From positions 1 through 18,066 of the forward strand of contig JBFMGU010000209.1 in NCBI GenBank assembly GCA_040752415.1: 18,066 bases of DNA, read 5' to 3'. The notes beneath the pieces are model-generated. The model worked only from the letters and a program-made list of their open reading frames with translations. It was not told the origin of the DNA and did not search any database. Positions 1-7,577 of the stretch are shown in pieces (position 1 is the first letter of the stretch; every line of letters starts with the position of its first letter). The stretch is from Myxococcota bacterium (GTDB taxonomy: Bacteria > Myxococcota > JACRCW01). The position numbers and the translations under genes are program-made.

Positions 1-26
1 GAAAGGCACCCGCGTGCCGACGGTCG

Positions 27-380
27 CTAAACGTCCGGCTCGAACGAGAATGTCAGCGGGTACCCGTCCTGGCGGGCCCGCTGGTGCGCGCGCGCCACGC
101 GCAAGGCAGCCTCCTCGGCGGGGAGCACGTCCACCAGGCTCTGACCGCCCAGGTGGGCCTGGAGCATGATGCGCTGCGCGTCGCGGGCGTTCTTGTGGAA
201 GATCTCCCGCAGGATCACCACCACGTATTCCCGACGGGTGAACGGGTCATTGTGGAGCAGCACGCGGTAGAGCGGGACCTCGGAAAGGTCATCCTCGGGC
301 GGGGCCTGTTTCTCGCGGGTGGTCTCACCTGGGTTCCCCGGATTCCGACGGTAGACCTGCCACGACACCTGGGCTTCCAT
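27..380 (-). CDS. clpS: ATP-dependent Clp protease adaptor ClpS
   Basis: Contains YRVLLHNDPFTRREYVVVILREIF...IMLQAHLGGQSLV...ARQDGYPLTFSFEP, which aligns with the ClpS core (Y-x-V-x-L-x-N-D, the conserved His, C-terminal YPL). ATG at 380 chosen; GTG at 398 is an alternative start. Confidence 0.93.
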   Translation of the reverse strand: MEAQVSWQVYRRNPGNPGETTREKQAPPEDDLSEVPLYRVLLHNDPFTRREYVVVILREIFHKNARDAQRIMLQAHLGGQSLVDVLPAEEAALRVARAHQRARQDGYPLTFSFEPDV

Positions 381-486
381 GGCGGGCGGATGTAGCACCC
401 GGGCCCTGGTCCGGCAGTGACCACCTTGCCAGGACGGGCCTCCCAGCGGATATTGCGCGCTCCTCCGGACGTCGTGAGACGTGGCA

Positions 487-1434
487 ATGAGCGTTCAACC
501 ACGCCCCGTGGTCCCATGGCTTCCCTCCTTGCTGGCGCTGGGCGTGTGTGCCCTGGCCACGACGGCGCAGGTGGCCATCCAGCACCACCTGGACCTCACC
601 CCCCGGGCCCGGGCGCTGGAGCACCCCGACGTGCCCGCGTATCCCGCGGCGCTGATCAGCGGGCTGGGGCGACGTCGGACGGCGGCGGATATCCAGTGGA
701 TCCGCGCTACCGAGTACGTGGGCAACGAAACCTTCAATGAGGTGGGACGGCCCGCGCTGGGACCGCTGCTCCGGCTGGTGGTGCGCCTGGATCCGGATTT
801 CAAGGAGGTCTACTACCTGGGCGGTCTCGCGCTCTCGAATGAGACGGCCTACATCGAGGACGCAAACGAGATCTTCCGCCTGGGCGAGGAGCAGTTCCCC
901 GACGAGTGGAGCATGCCCTTCATGCGTGGCGCCAACCATCTCCTCGTGCAGGCGGACCTGGAGCGCGCGGTGGAGGCCTGGCAGAAGACCTCGAAGATTC
1001 CGGGCGCTCCCACGTACCTTCCCCAGCTCGTGGCGCGACTGATGACGTCGGAGGGCCGCTGCCTGGATGCGCTCATGACGGTGCGACAGTTCCTGGAAAC
1101 CGCCTCACCGGAAGCGCGCGCGCCCTACATGCAACGGGAGCGGTACATCCGCTGGGAGTGCGCCATGCAGGAGCTGGAGAAGGCCTCGGCGTTGTTCCAG
1201 GAGAAGCACGGGCGACCGCCCGCCAGCGTCGACGAGCTGCGCGAGAGTGGGCTGGTGCAGCTGTACTTCGACCATCCCTTTGGCGGGCGGTGGGTGGTGA
1301 CGGAGACGGGCGCCATCCGCAGCGAGCCGCCCCTGCCCCGCCTCAAGTTCCGCAAGCCCACGCCGGGCGTCCTGCCGCCGCCAGAAGAGCAGGATGAACC
1401 GTCGCGGCCCGTGCCCCACGACGGCACCCGCTGA
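487..1434 (+). CDS. Membrane-anchored helical/TPR-like protein, similar to myxobacterial PilG / Geobacter XapA
   Basis: N-terminal hydrophobic anchor (WLPSLLALGVCALA), then AADIQWIRATEYVG, LDPDFKEVYYLGG, FPDEWSMPFMRG and PGAPTYL motifs, which I recall from the accessory protein encoded beside pilus-associated ABC transporters. Lies directly upstream of an ABC ATPase and permease. GTG at 481 is an alternative start. The orthology is inferred. Confidence 0.65.
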   Translation: MSVQPRPVVPWLPSLLALGVCALATTAQVAIQHHLDLTPRARALEHPDVPAYPAALISGLGRRRTAADIQWIRATEYVGNETFNEVGRPALGPLLRLVVRLDPDFKEVYYLGGLALSNETAYIEDANEIFRLGEEQFPDEWSMPFMRGANHLLVQADLERAVEAWQKTSKIPGAPTYLPQLVARLMTSEGRCLDALMTVRQFLETASPEARAPYMQRERYIRWECAMQELEKASALFQEKHGRPPASVDELRESGLVQLYFDHPFGGRWVVTETGAIRSEPPLPRLKFRKPTPGVLPPPEEQDEPSRPVPHDGTR

Positions 1435-1450
1435 ACCCAACGAGGAGCGC

Positions 1451-2398
1451 ATGGAAGAGGTCCTGAGCGTCAAGGGATTGCAGAAGACCTTCAAGGTGGG
1501 CTTCTGGGGCCGCAAGGTGGTGGCGTGCCGGGACATCAGCTTCTCCATCCGGCGGGGAGAGGTCTACGGCGTGGTGGGTCCCAACGGCGCGGGCAAGTCC
1601 ACCACGCTGAAGATGCTGCTTGGCTTCGTGCGTCCCGACGGAGGAACCGGACATCTCATGGGCCTTCCGCTCGGCAGCCGGCAGGCGCGCGCGCGACTGG
1701 GCTACCTCCCCGAGCTGCCCTCCTTCCCGCGCTATCTCACCGCGCGCGAGGTGCTGGATTTCCACGCGCGTCTTGCCGGTGTGACCGGTGCGGGCTGGGA
1801 GTCACGTCGGACAACGCTGCTGGAGCGCGTGGGCCTGGCGCGCGCGGCCAACTTCCGCCTCAGCCAGTATTCCAAGGGCATGCTGCAGCGTTGTGGCCTG
1901 GCCGTGGCGCTGTGCGCGGACCCGGAGCTGCTGGTGCTCGACGAGCCCATGAGCGGACTGGACCCGCTGGGTCGTCATGACGTGCGCACGCTGATCCAGG
2001 AGCAGAAGGCGCAGGGCAAGACGGTGGTGTTCTCCAGCCACGTGCTCTCCGACGTGGAAGCGCTGTGTGACAGCATGGCCATCATCAGCCAGGGCGCGGT
2101 CTACAAGGCCGGCAGCCTGGCGGAGATGACGGGCGGGACGGTGCGCGCGGTGGAGATCCAGCTGCACAACCTGGGCACCGACGGAGCGCAGGCCCTCTCC
2201 GCGCTGGGGACACTGCGCAGCGTGGGACCCGCGCATCTCCTGGACATCAAGGACGTCCAGCGCGTGGAGGAGGCCCTGGGCCTGGCACTGAAGCACGGCG
2301 CCAGGGTGGCCAGCGTCACGCCGCGCACGGACAAGCTGGAGGACATCCTGCTGCAGGCGGGCGCGCAACAGCAGGTTGACGGGAGGATCTCGCCATGA
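1451..2398 (+). CDS. ABC transporter ATP-binding protein (ABC-2 type; myxobacterial PilH-like)
   Basis: Walker A GPNGAGKST, signature-region YSKGMLQR, Walker B LLVLDEP, D-loop SGLDP, H-loop SSH. GAGGAG ribosome-binding site just before ATG 1451. Confidence 0.93.
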   Translation: MEEVLSVKGLQKTFKVGFWGRKVVACRDISFSIRRGEVYGVVGPNGAGKSTTLKMLLGFVRPDGGTGHLMGLPLGSRQARARLGYLPELPSFPRYLTAREVLDFHARLAGVTGAGWESRRTTLLERVGLARAANFRLSQYSKGMLQRCGLAVALCADPELLVLDEPMSGLDPLGRHDVRTLIQEQKAQGKTVVFSSHVLSDVEALCDSMAIISQGAVYKAGSLAEMTGGTVRAVEIQLHNLGTDGAQALSALGTLRSVGPAHLLDIKDVQRVEEALGLALKHGARVASVTPRTDKLEDILLQAGAQQQVDGRISP

Positions 2399-3150
2399 TG
2401 GGTCGCGTCCTCGCGCTGAGCTGGACCACGTTCCAGGACGGGTTGCGCAGCCAGATTTTCGCCAACCTGGGCGTGCTGGCGGCGTTTGGCGTGGGCTTTG
2501 CGCTGGTGTTGGACAACTTGACCGTGGGCGTGTCCGGGCGCGTGGTGATGGACCTGGGCGTGGCGGTGGTGAGTCTCATCAACGCGCTGGTGGCCGCGTT
2601 CATGGCGGTGCGCACCATGGGTGGAGAGGAGAACCGGCACACGCTGATGACGGTGCTGGCGCGCCCCGTCCGACGGAGCGAGGTGGTGGTGGGAAAGTTC
2701 CTGGGCGTGGCGGGCCTGGTCACCGCCAACGCAGCGGGCGCCATGGTGCTGCTGGGATTGGCCGGGCTGCTGGCGCGCCACGTGGACGTCACGGACCTGG
2801 CGCGGTCCCTGGTGGGGCTGTCCGCGGAGGCCGCGCTGGTGACGGCGGTGACGTTGATGTTCAGCACGTTCGCGGGGTCCACGGTGGCCGCGGTGCTGGG
2901 CCTGGGTGTCTACGTGGCGGGGCTGTTCGCGTTCCACCTGCGGGACTTCGCCGTGAAGGGTGGTGAGGGCGCGCAGGGGTGGCTGGGCTCGGTATTCTAC
3001 TACGCGGTGCCCAACCTGCAGCGGCTGGACTTCCATGCGCTGAACCCCACCTTGGCGGAAGCGTTGGCGAGCCTGCTGTACGCGGCGTGCTACGTCGTGG
3101 CGGCGCTGGCGTTGGGCTCCGCCATCTTCGAGCGACGCGACCTGAAGTAG
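2395..3150 (+). CDS. ABC-2 type transporter permease (myxobacterial PilI-like)
   Basis: About six hydrophobic segments, E-x-x-x-x-T-L-x-x-V-L-A-R-P-V-R-R-x-E-x-x-x-G-K-F-L-G motif and C-terminal FERRDLK. ATGA overlap with the ATPase stop indicates translational coupling. Confidence 0.9.
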   Translation: MMGRVLALSWTTFQDGLRSQIFANLGVLAAFGVGFALVLDNLTVGVSGRVVMDLGVAVVSLINALVAAFMAVRTMGGEENRHTLMTVLARPVRRSEVVVGKFLGVAGLVTANAAGAMVLLGLAGLLARHVDVTDLARSLVGLSAEAALVTAVTLMFSTFAGSTVAAVLGLGVYVAGLFAFHLRDFAVKGGEGAQGWLGSVFYYAVPNLQRLDFHALNPTLAEALASLLYAACYVVAALALGSAIFERRDLK

Positions 3151-3162
3151 CGAGTGCGCCCA

Positions 3163-3213
3163 ACTTTAGACCCAGGGAATCTCCTTCCTAACGATGGTGC
3201 CGCGGTCTAAAGT
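3163..3213. repeat. Perfect 10-bp inverted repeat (ACTTTAGACC-N31-GGTCTAAAGT) upstream of the TPR gene
   Basis: Arms at 3163-3172 and 3204-3213 are exact reverse complements. The right arm contains TAAAGT (TAnnnT), 6 nt before ATG 3220. Confidence 0.7.
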
Positions 3214-3219
3214 GCGGTC

Positions 3220-6200
3220 ATGCACGCTCCGGCCCGCTTTGCGCTCGCCCTCGGCCTTCTCGTCGTCACCGGCTGCCAGACCTTCGAGCACGTTCTCCAG
3301 GCGGAGCAGGCGGAGAACACCGAAGCCGACCTGGTGAGGGCCCTGGACGCCGAGCGGTACGGCACGGTGATCGAAAAAGGGGAGACGCTCCTGGCGCTCC
3401 GACGTGAGCTGTGGGGAAACGACGACCGCCGCCTGGCTCCCATCCTCTTCGTCGTGGGAATGGCGTACCAGCGGCAGGGGAACTACCGCGGCTCGGTGGG
3501 GCACCTGGAAGAGGCGTTGCGCATCATCGAGCTCAACGAGCGACCCGACCAGAAGCTTCTGACGGCCGTGTTGTTCGGGCTGGGCGTCGGCTACCTGCGC
3601 ACCAACCGCTCCAGCGAGGCGCTCACCCCCCTGGAGCGCTGTCTCAAGCTGGAGGAGTCCACGCTGGGGAAGTCCCACGCGGACCTCGTCCACACGCTGA
3701 TCGCCCTGGGCACGGTTCACCTGGAGGAGCAGCGCGTCAGGAAGGCGCGGGATTCCTATGCGCGCGCCGTCACCATCCTCCAGAGCCAGAAGACCCAGGA
3801 CAACGCCGCGCTCGGTTACGCCCTGGTCCAGCTCACCGTGGCGGACATTGCCTGCGACGACCCGCGCAGCGCGCTCTCCCATGCCCGCTGGGCACTCAAG
3901 GTCCGCGAGAAGTCCAACAAGGTGGAGCGTGAGGACCTGGCGGAAACCATCGAGCTCGTCGGAGACGTGGAACGACTGGACGCCCGCTACGCGGAAGCGC
4001 AGGCCAGCTATGAGCGCGCCCTGGGCATCCGTCGCAGCATTGCCGACGACAACCGGGCCGTGGCCAGGGCCCTCACGCGGATTGCGAGATTGAATGGGAA
4101 CCAGGGTCGGTACGCGGCCGCGGTGGCCCGTTACCAGGACGTCGTCAAGCTCCTCGAGACCCGGTCCGGTCGTGAGGCCGGGGTCCTGGTGGATGCGCTG
4201 GAGGGTCTCGCCGACGTGAAGACGCGCCTGGCGCGCCGAAAGGAAGCCGCGGCATTGCTGCAACAGGCCCTGGAAATCCGCGAGAAGGAGCTGACCGAGG
4301 AGGAGCACGACCTGGCGGACACGCTGGACGAGGTGGGCCACCACCAGCGCCACGCCGGCAACCTCGACGCTGCGGCCGCAACCTATGAGCGCGCGCTCAA
4401 GCTGCGCGAGGAGTCCAAGCGTCCCGCGGCCACCGCAACAAGCCTGCACAACCTGGCGTGGCTCGCGGAGGAACGAGGCCACTTTGCTCAGGCGCAGGAG
4501 CTGCACGAGCGCGCGCTGAAGAAGCGGGAGCGGTCCCAGCAGGACCAGCCCATGATGATTGCGCGCAGCCGGTCCGCGTTGTCCCACTTCCTGCTGGACG
4601 CGGGGCGGTACCGTGACGCCGAGGTCCTGGCGCGCAAGACGCTGGCGGACGTGGAGAAGGTGTTCGGCGCGGAGCATCCCCACGTGGCCTGGCAGCTGGA
4701 CCACCTGTCGGCAATCCTGCGTGAGCTCGGTCGGTTCACGGACGCGCGCCAGCTTGCGGAGCGTTCCCTCGCGCTGCGTGAGGGGGCGCTGGGGCGGCAG
4801 CATGTTGACGTCGTGGAGAGCCTGGTGTCCCTGGGACTTTCCCAGCGTTTCCTGGGCAACAACGCGGCCGCTCGAACACACTTTGAGCGCGCGGTGCAGA
4901 TCGCGGAAAGCTCCCTGGGAGCAAACCATCCCGAGGTGGCGGAGGCGCTCTCGCTGCTCGCCATGACGTGGGAGGAGCTCGGCGAGGACGGCAGGGCGCG
5001 TGACGCGTACGAACGTGCGCTGGCCATCCAGGAAACCGTGGCGCAGCGGGAAGGATACGAGGGAGGCGTGGCGGTTGCGCTGGAGCGTCTGGGCGAGTTC
5101 CACCTTGACCAGCACGAGTACGGAAAGGCCCAGCCGCTGTTGTCGCGGGCGCTGGCCATCCGCGAGCGGCTCAGCTCCGACGGACTCCCCGTGGCGTCGG
5201 TTCTCCTGGACATCTCCCGACTGCACCACGCGTCCCGCCAATCCTCGGACGCGCGTGCGGCCCTGGAACGTGCGCTGTCCATCCGGGAGCGCATCCTGGG
5301 ACCGAATCATCCGCTGGTAGCCTCCGTGCTGTATCACCTGGCCACGTTGGATGAGCGTGCGGATGCCCCGATGGCAGCGCGGGAGCGCATTGAACGCGCC
5401 ATGCGCATCCACGACGCCGCACTGGGCCCGGAGCACCCCAACCATGCCGGCGGGTTGATCCGGCTGGCATCCCTGGACGACGCCGCGAACGACCGCGCCA
5501 CCGCGCAACAGCGTCTCGAGACCGCGCTGCAGCTGCAGGAGAAGACGCTGGGCAGGGATCACCCGGACCTGGCGTACACGCTCTCGGCGTTGGGCATCCT
5601 GCGGGTGCGCGCCGGTGACGTCGTGGGCGCAAGACCGCTGCTGGAACGCGCCCTGAAACTGCACGGCACAACCCGCGAGGAAGCCACCGCGATGATGGCT
5701 TCGTGCATGCTGGCGCTTGCCAACATCTACCGGGATGACAACGAGCACGCGTCCGCGGCGCCGCTGTACGTGAAGGCTTTGCAAGTCCGCCAGCAGGTGT
5801 ACGGTGTGGATCACGCCATGGTCTCCGACGTGCTGGAGCACCAGGCGCGCTCCCTGGAAATGCAGAACCGTCCGGCGGATGCGGTGGCGCCGCTGGAACG
5901 TGTCCTCATCATCCAGCAAGGCGTGGCGGGCACGGACCACGTTGTCACCGGCGGTGTGCTGCTGCGCCTGGCAACGGCGTTGTTGGACGCTGGGGCACAC
6001 GCACGGGCGCGTCCGTTGTTGGAAGAAGCGTTGGAGGTGGGTCGGACGCGCAAGGATGCGGAGCTGCAATGGCGGGCCCTCGCCGCGCTGGCGCGTGAAC
6101 GGGAGCTCTCCGAAGGCCCCGAGAAGTCCCTCCCCTGGTATGAGCAGGCCGTGCTGCTGCTGACCGAGGAAGCGGCGAAGCGCGGCGCCCTCGACGAGCG

Positions 6201-6402
6201 CGTTGCCTACTTGAACGAAAAGGGCCGCGCGAAGCCGTTCGAGGACCTGGCGCGAGTCCTCACGACGCTGCACGAGAAGAAGCCGGGCAAGGGCCTGGGT
6301 GCCAGGGCGGAGCGGGTGCTGCGTGCGTTGCGGGAGCCGCCTTCCTTCGAGGAACTGCCCAAGAAGGCGACGAAGGGAAAGACCGCCCAACGGGCGCGGT
6401 AG
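3220..6402 (+). CDS. Large tetratricopeptide-repeat lipoprotein (about 42-aa kinesin-light-chain-type TPRs)
   Basis: Signal peptide with lipobox (LLVVTG-C), then roughly 20 repeats of the type ERALxIRExxLGxxHPxVAxxLxxL. No catalytic domain recognised. Confidence 0.9.
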   Translation: MHAPARFALALGLLVVTGCQTFEHVLQAEQAENTEADLVRALDAERYGTVIEKGETLLALRRELWGNDDRRLAPILFVVGMAYQRQGNYRGSVGHLEEALRIIELNERPDQKLLTAVLFGLGVGYLRTNRSSEALTPLERCLKLEESTLGKSHADLVHTLIALGTVHLEEQRVRKARDSYARAVTILQSQKTQDNAALGYALVQLTVADIACDDPRSALSHARWALKVREKSNKVEREDLAETIELVGDVERLDARYAEAQASYERALGIRRSIADDNRAVARALTRIARLNGNQGRYAAAVARYQDVVKLLETRSGREAGVLVDALEGLADVKTRLARRKEAAALLQQALEIREKELTEEEHDLADTLDEVGHHQRHAGNLDAAAATYERALKLREESKRPAATATSLHNLAWLAEERGHFAQAQELHERALKKRERSQQDQPMMIARSRSALSHFLLDAGRYRDAEVLARKTLADVEKVFGAEHPHVAWQLDHLSAILRELGRFTDARQLAERSLALREGALGRQHVDVVESLVSLGLSQRFLGNNAAARTHFERAVQIAESSLGANHPEVAEALSLLAMTWEELGEDGRARDAYERALAIQETVAQREGYEGGVAVALERLGEFHLDQHEYGKAQPLLSRALAIRERLSSDGLPVASVLLDISRLHHASRQSSDARAALERALSIRERILGPNHPLVASVLYHLATLDERADAPMAARERIERAMRIHDAALGPEHPNHAGGLIRLASLDDAANDRATAQQRLETALQLQEKTLGRDHPDLAYTLSALGILRVRAGDVVGARPLLERALKLHGTTREEATAMMASCMLALANIYRDDNEHASAAPLYVKALQVRQQVYGVDHAMVSDVLEHQARSLEMQNRPADAVAPLERVLIIQQGVAGTDHVVTGGVLLRLATALLDAGAHARARPLLEEALEVGRTRKDAELQWRALAALARERELSEGPEKSLPWYEQAVLLLTEEAAKRGALDERVAYLNEKGRAKPFEDLARVLTTLHEKKPGKGLGARAERVLRALREPPSFEELPKKATKGKTAQRAR

Positions 6403-6405
6403 GAC

Positions 6406-6957
6406 TCATGGACCAGTGCCGCGCAGCTCCACGCCAATCACGGCGCCACCGCCACCGGGTCGATAGGCTGCCACAAACGTGATGGCTCCCACGTCGGTGG
6501 TGGCGGTGCGAGGCGCGAACTCCACGGCGATGGGTCGGCTGCTCTCGCCACCGCGAAGGATGCGCTGCTCGAGGTCACAGCGTTCCTCCGACGTGCCGCA
6601 CCCGGTGAAACGGAACGACGGCGCGGATGCCGCGTCCAACGTCGGTGATTGCAGGTCCATGGAGCCCCTGCCGGCGTTGTGGATGACGAGGTGTGCGGTG
6701 GACGTGGATCCCAGTTGAACGGTCCCGAAGTCGACGATGCACGGCGGGCTGTCGTCGGAGGCGCTGCAGATGAGGGTGCTTTCGCGCAGGACCTGGAGCA
6801 GCGGCCGCGCGTCCGGTGGAACGCACACGTCGTCGACGCACTGGAGGGAGCTCTCGCAGGACCCGTCCGCGCGGCAGGGCTCTCCGTCTCCACCGCCGGA
6901 ATCCGCCGTTCCGCAACCCACGACGAGAAACACCAAGAGAAAACACCACCTGGTCAC
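6406..6957 (-). CDS. Lipoprotein with a short Cys-rich module and an Ig-like (choice-of-anchor D/ASH-like) domain
   Basis: Lipobox FLVVG-C; four-Cys module GEPCRADGSCESSLQCVDDVCV; VDFGTVQLG...VIHNAGRGSMDL...VEFAP...VELRGTG pattern. GGAGGA RBS upstream of GTG 6957. Confidence 0.8.
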   Translation of the reverse strand: MTRWCFLLVFLVVGCGTADSGGGDGEPCRADGSCESSLQCVDDVCVPPDARPLLQVLRESTLICSASDDSPPCIVDFGTVQLGSTSTAHLVIHNAGRGSMDLQSPTLDAASAPSFRFTGCGTSEERCDLEQRILRGGESSRPIAVEFAPRTATTDVGAITFVAAYRPGGGGAVIGVELRGTGP

Positions 6958-7139
6958 TGGATTCCTCCACTACTGGACGACGTCGCAGGGCGCTTGGACG
7001 TTGGTACCCAGCGTCATCTCCTCGCGCAACGCTTCCTCCGCGGCCAGCCGCGCGTCGCGGTGTTCACGCGTCCCACCACCGCGCGACATCCGGGGCAGTA
7101 CTCAGCTTCGGGCGTCACGTTCCAACCGCGTCTCGTGAG

Positions 7140-7577
7140 TCACTCCGACGGTCCCGCGTGATCACACCCGCAGTCGCAGCGTTCTCCGAACCTCACCCGG
7201 TCCGCGAAGAGGTCGCGCCACTCCCGCGTCGATCCCATGCGCCTCTCGTAGATGGTGCCGCCAACCGCGTCGCCCAGGTACACCGCGAGGAAGCAAGCAA
7301 CAACCACGCAGCTCGACTCCACGACGAGCGCCCCCCACCGGCGCCAGAGTCGGACCCGTTGGGACACCGCTGCCGTCCCAATGGACACCAGGATCGCCGC
7401 GACGCCCAAGACCTCCCGCCAGGAATCCCCGGTGCAGGAAAAGACACCCATGCACAAACCCACGACCAGCGAAACACCGAGCGGAAGAAGCCACATGGCC
7501 GACCAACACCCGGGTCCTATCACCTCATCCCGGTCCCCGCGAGGCTGACGCTCACTCGAGCGGGGCAACCCGCGCAC
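7140..7577 (-). CDS. Hypothetical small membrane protein (about 3 TM segments); start uncertain
   Basis: Fills the gap between two minus-strand genes and has three hydrophobic stretches. The real start may be a downstream GTG/ATG. No family recognised. Confidence 0.45.
   Translation of the reverse strand: MRGLPRSSERQPRGDRDEVIGPGCWSAMWLLPLGVSLVVGLCMGVFSCTGDSWREVLGVAAILVSIGTAAVSQRVRLWRRWGALVVESSCVVVACFLAVYLGDAVGGTIYERRMGSTREWRDLFADRVRFGERCDCGCDHAGPSE

Noticed and set aside
3166..6390. 1074-aa antisense ORF opposite the TPR gene
   Set aside because: Shadow frame expected from high-GC codon bias. It has no motifs, while the plus strand has a clear lipobox and TPR repeats.
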